From an uncultured Eubacteriales bacterium (GTDB taxonomy: Bacteria > Bacillota > Clostridia > Christensenellales > CAG-917), in the NCBI GenBank assembly GCA_900322215.1, contig ONYW01000005.1, positions 1 to 63,222 of the forward strand: a DNA stretch of 63,222 nt. The letters are read 5' to 3'. Shown in pieces: positions 57,563 through 63,222 of the stretch. The translations under genes and the position numbers were made by a program. The notes under the pieces are model-generated. The model searched no databases. It was given only the letters and a program-made list of their open reading frames with translations, and was not told where the DNA came from. The first letter of the stretch is position 1; every line of letters starts with the position of its first letter.

Positions 57563-58108
57563 ATGCAACAGGTCGTTCTTCGCGATATGATTCAAAGCGA
57601 CATAGAAGACTACGTCAAATGGTTTTCGACTCGCATGGAGTGGCAAAAGTTTGATGCTCCGTGGGAGCCGGTGTCGCTATGCGAGGAAGAAGAACGAAAA
57701 ACTTGGACGGAATATTTCAACCAAACGAAAGACCTTGACAAAGACAGGACAAGATATAAATTTGAAATCGAATGGCAAGGCAAACACGTCGGCTGGGTGT
57801 CCCGCTACAACGAGTTGTCTTATGTTCCGTATGACGACAAGACGTGTGCCGTCGGCATCGATATTGCGGACGACGCGAGCAGAGGCAAAGGCGTGGGGAC
57901 TGCCGCTCTCAAAACGTTTATAGACTATATTCACCGCCAAGGAAGCCACCCTATATATTTAGAAACATGGTCGGGCAATACCGCCATGCTGCGAGTGGCG
58001 GAAAAACTCGGGTTTCAAGAGATACACAGGCAGCGCGGCGCGCGTTTTATTGACGGCAGAGCCTACGACGCTATTACACTGTGTTTGAACCTTTTGAATA
58101 AAAAATAG
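57563..58108 (+). CDS. GNAT acetyltransferase (RimJ/RimL-like)
   Basis: VGIDI....RGKGVGTAAL and TWSGN.AMLRVAEKLGF motifs. Confidence 0.9.
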   Translation: MQQVVLRDMIQSDIEDYVKWFSTRMEWQKFDAPWEPVSLCEEEERKTWTEYFNQTKDLDKDRTRYKFEIEWQGKHVGWVSRYNELSYVPYDDKTCAVGIDIADDASRGKGVGTAALKTFIDYIHRQGSHPIYLETWSGNTAMLRVAEKLGFQEIHRQRGARFIDGRAYDAITLCLNLLNKK

Positions 58109-58185
58109 TAGACAAGTAAACTATCTTGCACAAGTGTTTTTGTGAACGTGCTCGTCAAGTTTGCCTTTGAAATCTCTACAATTTT

Positions 58186-58809
58186 ATGTTTGAAGAACTC
58201 ATTACAAGTAGATGCAAAATTCGCAAATTCAAACCGTCCGACGCGGACGATTTATTTGCGGTTTTGTCAGATGTTCAGGTGATGAAGTTCGTCGAACAGC
58301 CGTTTACGCATGCACAAACCTGCGACTTTGTATTGAAATACGGGCTTTGCGAAAATCCGAAAATTTTTGCTCTTATCATAGATAAGAGCAAATTTACAAA
58401 TATCGCGTCTCATTGCCCGAAAAACAGCGATGCAAGGCAAGAAAACTCACACGCGCCCTGCAGTCCGCATCTCACACAAAGCACGTGCGTTGTCGGAGCG
58501 CCTGCAAACGAGCAACTCATCGGGCATGTGATATTTCATCCGTTCCATGACGAGAACTTGGAGAAGGAATACGGCAAAGACGGCATATACGAACTAGGGT
58601 TTGTGATCGCAAAACCATATTGGAATATGGGAATAGCGACCGAAGTCGCGACAAGCCTTGTCGGATATGCGCGCCAAGCGGGAGTTTCCGCTCTTGTCAT
58701 CGAGTGCGCCACGCAAAACGTTGCCTCGATACACATAGCGAAAAGATTGGGGTTTTGCGAGGTGACGACCACCGCTAGCCTAAAAACATTCGTCCTGTCT
58801 CTTCGCTGA
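58186..58809 (+). CDS. GNAT acetyltransferase (RimJ/RimL-like) with an apparent ~40-aa insertion
   Basis: ELGFVIAKPYWNMGIATE and N.ASIHIAKRLGF motifs. Confidence 0.85.
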   Translation: MFEELITSRCKIRKFKPSDADDLFAVLSDVQVMKFVEQPFTHAQTCDFVLKYGLCENPKIFALIIDKSKFTNIASHCPKNSDARQENSHAPCSPHLTQSTCVVGAPANEQLIGHVIFHPFHDENLEKEYGKDGIYELGFVIAKPYWNMGIATEVATSLVGYARQAGVSALVIECATQNVASIHIAKRLGFCEVTTTASLKTFVLSLR

Positions 58810-59002
58810 CCCGCAACCGACGATCTAAACACACCTCGTTATAACAAAATTTTATTAATATATAGTTGCAGTTCAATTCGTGTTAGACACGCTTATATAA
58901 AGCGACGCCACGAGAAAATCATATTCAAAGCGCAAAATAAGGCTAAATTTATGAAAATCCGTCAAAATTATAGAAAACGGATTTTTCATTTTCTATAATT
59001 TG

Positions 59003-59018
59003 GGTTTCACGTGAAACA
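59003..59018. promoter_or_regulatory. parS site
   Basis: ggtttcacgtgaaaca matches the Firmicutes parS consensus TGTTNCACGTGAAACA. Confidence 0.9.
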
Positions 59019-60575
59019 AATTCAGCATGCCAAGCGAATAACAAAGCCATATTTGTGCGTTATGTGGCATAACAATGTTATAGTATTTCTTGTCTTTTTC
59101 ATTTCAAAACCAATAGATTGCTCGATGCGCGCTATATTGGAGCGCTCTGTTGCCATGCGTAATGCGGCACAAACCGCTCATAGAGCCCATTGAACCTCGC
59201 TTCTCGCGTATTTACCTTAAATGTAAGCAAATTTGAGGCTCAAGCGCACAAAGCGCATCTGATTATGCAACAGCATGCATACTAACCTTTGATCCTAAAC
59301 CGCCGCTTGTAAACGTTCAAAGGCATAATTGGCAAAAATCGCGCCAACATTCATTCAAAAGCGTGAAAAATATAGAAAATGAAAAATTCATTTTCTATAT
59401 TTTTCATTAAATTACTGTAAAACCGCCGAATTTCGAGCGAAACACCCATTTTGCTGCCGTTGCTGCTTTTGCAAAAATCGGACTAGCAACTTATTATTCA
59501 TCGCGCAACTCTGACAAGAGTTCGGGTGTGTTTTTGCAAAAACTGCTATTGTGCCGTGGCGGCGTGCGATGATTCGATTTGGCGCTTTGAGATGTACATA
59601 TGCGGATTTTCTATTGTATCAATGCTTACAATATTCGCGCAATTTCCCGAGCCGTTCCAATAGAAACTCCACTTTTCAATACCATAATTAAAGCGTGGCC
59701 TGAGCGATTTTCAGGTTGTCTTTGCGCCTGTGTGGCGAGTCGTTTCCTGCCCCAATCGACTCTTTGCGCTCCCGTGTTAATCGTGACTTCGTTCCGGCTG
59801 TCGCTCCGACATTCTACCATATTTACACAGCCAAAAGACCGACAAACGAGGCAATGCCATGAGCGACACTTTCCCATCGGCTTGGCTCTGTCGTGCATTT
59901 TGCACGTGTGGTTGAGCTTTTAGGCTCTAATCCGCTGTTGCTCCGTTTTGTATAGTGTGAAGTGACGGTGTGATGCCGCACAAGGAGTATGAAGTGAACA
60001 AAATACGGCTATCGCTTTTGTCATCGCCATATAAACGGTTTCTATCGTCATTTGTTCGTCGAGCCACTTTGTTGCGATAGAAAAAGCCTAATTTGCGCGT
60101 GAAATATACAAAAATGAAGTAAATTGCGTGGTTTTCTATCATCGCATCGCGCATCGTCGCAAAAATTACGATAGAAAATCGCTCCGTATGGTTGTCACAG
60201 CGCGCCAAACCGACGCATACATTACATGTCAACCTCGCATAGTCAGATTTACGTGCAAAGAAGCATCGGATGTTCGGTCAATATTCGGACTGCCGCTCCG
60301 CTACGGCGCATTATGAGCATGGCATTGCTCAATTGTGGCTCACGCTCATAGGCGATGACGGTGATTTTGCATATTGTGATGTTCCATTATGCGATCGGCT
60401 TGTTCAATGCTTCTTTTGGGGCTGTATTTCGCCAAAGGCATGGCAATAGAGAAATTGTAAGTACCATACATACGCCCGATGATCTCAATGAGTTAAGAGA
60501 AGGATTCTCGGGTTATAGGGCTAATTTGTGCCAAAAGCGCATGAAAGCGCAATATTACGCTCATATTGGCACAAG

Positions 60576-60671
60576 TGTTTCACGTTAAACATTAAAGATA
60601 GAAAATTTGAAAAATTAGTCTATGTTTCACGTGGAACAATTTTTCTTTGACGGCGCGTTTCACGTGAAACG
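60576..60671. promoter_or_regulatory. Cluster of three parS sites
   Basis: tgtttcacgttaaaca (60576), tgtttcacgtggaaca (60623), cgtttcacgtgaaacg (60656). Confidence 0.9.
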
Positions 60672-61278
60672 AAAATCCTCTAAAACCTACTGTTTAGTAG
60701 AGTTTTTGCGTATTTTAGGCGGTCAAAAAATAATTTTTGACCTTTCTCCGTGTTTATTTTTATAGAAAAATTTTTTTCTTTCAACCAAATTTTTTTGCCT
60801 GTTTTTGTTTCGCAGTTTTTCTATCAAAATTTTGTGGTTTCACGAATTTTTTATAGTTATAGTGTTATAACTTTGCGTAACATCGTCAAGTGGTGCTGAT
60901 TTTTCTATATTTTTGCTATAGATATAGATTTTATTGCTGCATTTTGCTGCAAATCGGGCAGTTTTCCGCTATCTTTTACAGGGAAATGTCGGGATGCCTG
61001 ATATTTCGGTCGTGTGTTTTTGAGTGTTTTGTTTGATGAAAACAGGCTAATGGCAGGAAAACCGGCGTATTTTGTGCGTTTTTCATTGTGAAAAGACTCA
61101 ATCGAATGGCTGTTTTTCGTGCAAAGTTTGTTAAATTTATGTTTTTGATTGTATTTAGTGCGTGTCGTTCGAATCGGGCGGATCTCGTTGGGGCATTCTC
61201 GTTTTATTTTGCTTTTATTTGCCGATGACTATCATTTTATATCCCTATGGCATGCAGTTATTATGCTCAAAAAATTGT

Positions 61279-61313
61279 CGTTTCACGTAAAACAAATTTT
61301 CCACTTGTCCACA
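61279..61313. promoter_or_regulatory. Degenerate parS next to a DnaA-box-like pair
   Basis: cgtttcacgtaaaaca (61279-61294), then ttttccacttgtccaca (61297-61313). Confidence 0.7.
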
Positions 61314-61692
61314 GCAAAATTGTGTGATTTTTTGATGATTACTTCAAATAATAGAAAAACAGCCTGTAAAATGGTTTATAAGTTAACCAACTGTTTTTAT
61401 TGTATTTTATTTATGACTTTATATCTATGGATTTTTTAAGTAGATTTTTATTTGCGATTTAAGCGATACTGTGTTTATTGTCAAATTGTGTGCCAAAAGG
61501 ACATTCCTTAAAAGCCGGAGAATTGTTGTATGCCATACAGTTGTTGCATTTGGCATTACTTGTACAATCTATATCGTTGTAGATATAGATAATGTTGTAG
61601 ATATAGATAATGTTTTTGTGGGATTGAAATATTTTTTGTTCTCGTTTATAATTGTGACTATAAGACTTATGTGATGCTGTGAGGATATAACG

Positions 61693-62234
61693 GTGTTTGT
61701 CTATAAAAAATATTTCGAGAGATACTGTGAGACTAATAAATTGGAGTTGTCTTTATCTTTTGAGATGCCCTGTGGGTATGAAACCGCTTATGGGACTTTT
61801 GACGTCGGGTCGAAAACGGTGTTCATAAATGCGGAATATCTGAAAGATGCACCGGACTGTGAAAAAGCTTTTATCTTTTTCATGAGTTGAGACACGCCTC
61901 TCAATATCTTTGCCCTGACCTGTTTAGCTGTGAAGTAAATCGTAGCTTGCAATACGTAATAATGTTTGACGGCACTTGTTTTAAAATCATTAACGGCAAA
62001 TACTATGAATGTAAATTGGAAGGCGGCGAAGATTTTTTTTCAAATATCTACCTTGGCCAGCCGTATGAAGTTGACGCCAATAAGTACGCGTATGAGCAGG
62101 CAAAAAGGATGTTCGGGGAGACAAATGATCTTCGTAAATTGTATGAATTTTGGACGCCTTGTCCACCTGTGCCGAATGACGTTTATGAGTCTGTATGTGC
62201 TTTGATTGACGAAAAAATTCAAACGAATGAATAA
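61693..62234 (+). pseudogene. Frameshifted gene for a putative HExxH metallopeptidase-like protein
   Basis: GAGGA RBS plus GTG; the two ORFs join across T-runs at ~61869-61880 to give ..F-H-E-L-R-H-A-S-Q; later QPYEVDA motif. Confidence 0.7.
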
Positions 62235-62334
62235 AGGTGATACCGATTTTAACGCTACTGATTGCCTGTGAATGTTGTTCGCTTTGCTTAAACTTGAGAG
62301 TGTTGTTGTGCTTATGTGTGGTTTTTGAGGCGAC

Positions 62335-62832
62335 TTAGTTGTAGCGCTCGCGCAGTTGTGCGCAGTAAGCCTCGATTTGGGCGAGGTTGTCCTCGGACTG
62401 TTTGGCGTATGGATCGACAAGGGAGAGAGTGGGAAAGAGGGAGTCGCGCTTTAAGAGGGCTTTCAGTTTGTCGAAAGATTTTTCGGCATGTCCTCCGCTC
62501 GAACAGGCAAAGGCGGAAATTTGGAGTTTTTCAAGTCCGCCGACGTTTTGCTCTACGAACGTGCGTATTGGCGGTGCAAACGTGCCTGCCCACACGGGGT
62601 AGCCGATGATGACGAGGTCGTATTTGTTTGCGTCAAACTCGTAGGGAACAAGCGCAGGGGATTCGCCCATAACTGCGCTTTTGCCGCCCCAAAAGAACTT
62701 TTTGAAACCTTTTGACGGGTACGCCTTTTCCGGTTCAAGCCGTATTAGGTCCGCGGACAGCTGTTTTGCAAGTTCCGTTGCGACGTATTCGCAGTTTCCG
62801 GATTGGGAATAGTAAATTATTGCGATTTTCAT
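62335..62832 (-). CDS. Flavodoxin family protein
   Basis: IIYYSQSGN...VA and YDLVIIGYPVWAG..APPIRTF motifs; GAAAGGA RBS. Confidence 0.9.
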   Translation of the reverse strand: MKIAIIYYSQSGNCEYVATELAKQLSADLIRLEPEKAYPSKGFKKFFWGGKSAVMGESPALVPYEFDANKYDLVIIGYPVWAGTFAPPIRTFVEQNVGGLEKLQISAFACSSGGHAEKSFDKLKALLKRDSLFPTLSLVDPYAKQSEDNLAQIEAYCAQLRERYN

Positions 62833-62902
62833 ATTTTTCCTTTCAACCGTGCTATCCCACGAATAGCTGTGGTTTTGAAGTGGGTTTATTTGCGTTGTAT
62901 AT

Positions 62903-63222
62903 CCTAAATAAAGTTTTCCCATCTCTTTCGTATGGGCTGACGTCGTTTAACCCTAAATGCAATACCCCTTCCTGCTCCGCCAGGTTTCCCGCACCGCGGA
63001 ACAAACCGAACACAAGTTGCTCACTTCTAAGGAAATAAACAAAACTATCGTTCGCAACCTTGCTATTCCCTACAAGAGTGTACTACTCGCTCCGGGGACA
63101 CCAAGTCGGCGCTCTAAAATCAAGTTTCCTCTATTCTTTGCCACTTCGCCTTTGGGACGCTTCGCAACAGAATGTCCCAAAGTCTCGTACTGAGTGCAGA
63201 CCGAGGCACTCCGGGGACTCCG
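62903..63222 (-). ncRNA. Candidate large structured non-coding RNA/element, copy B (truncated by the window end)
   Basis: Shares the ordered blocks ctaaataaagttttcccatctc.ttcgtatgg, caccgcg, aaaccgaacacaagt, accttgctattc.ctacaag, cgctccggg, gccacttcgc, cgtac and gactcc with copy A. Confidence 0.6.

Noticed and set aside
60700-61690. oriC located at the shift to T/G-rich sequence
   Set aside because: Skew cannot be computed here; the box pair plus trio-like repeats upstream of dnaN fits the Bacillota origin pattern better
58810-61690. Short ORFs in the parS tract
   Set aside because: No RBS, no recognisable motifs and atypical composition

Overview
Chromosomal window from a gut-type Clostridia (Bacillota) genome that spans the replication origin region. 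Left part: housekeeping genes (aminopeptidase P, esterase, cysS, cysE, ftsH, YyaC-like protease, luxS, a lipoprotein-type MTA/SAH nucleosidase), then two tandem ~2000-aa paralogous proteins of unknown function, each built from two copies of a ~950-aa unit. Middle: a ~14-kb element at the 3' end of tRNA-Asn(GTT), bounded by ATGGCGCC direct repeats. It encodes a large serine recombinase, a rolling-circle HUH Rep and defence cargo (RloB plus AAA ATPase, a PD-(D/E)xK-like protein, an Eco57I-like MTase pair, a DUF2971-like protein, a GIY-YIG/SF2-helicase REase). An older tRNA-derived scar lies to its left. Right part: a rearranged oriC region (dnaN+, dnaA-, recF+, parB-/parA-, rsmG+) and a 2.9-kb non-coding tract with a parS cluster and 13 exact copies of ATAGAAAA. 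The most unusual signals are non-coding: two divergent copies of a large covarying structured element (53.5 kb and 62.9 kb), arrays of constant linkers separating variable hairpins (1.25, 7.6 and 50.1 kb), and three ERIC-like palindromic elements fused to TAA stop codons. No CRISPR array was seen. All calls were made by eye from motifs; no database searches were run.
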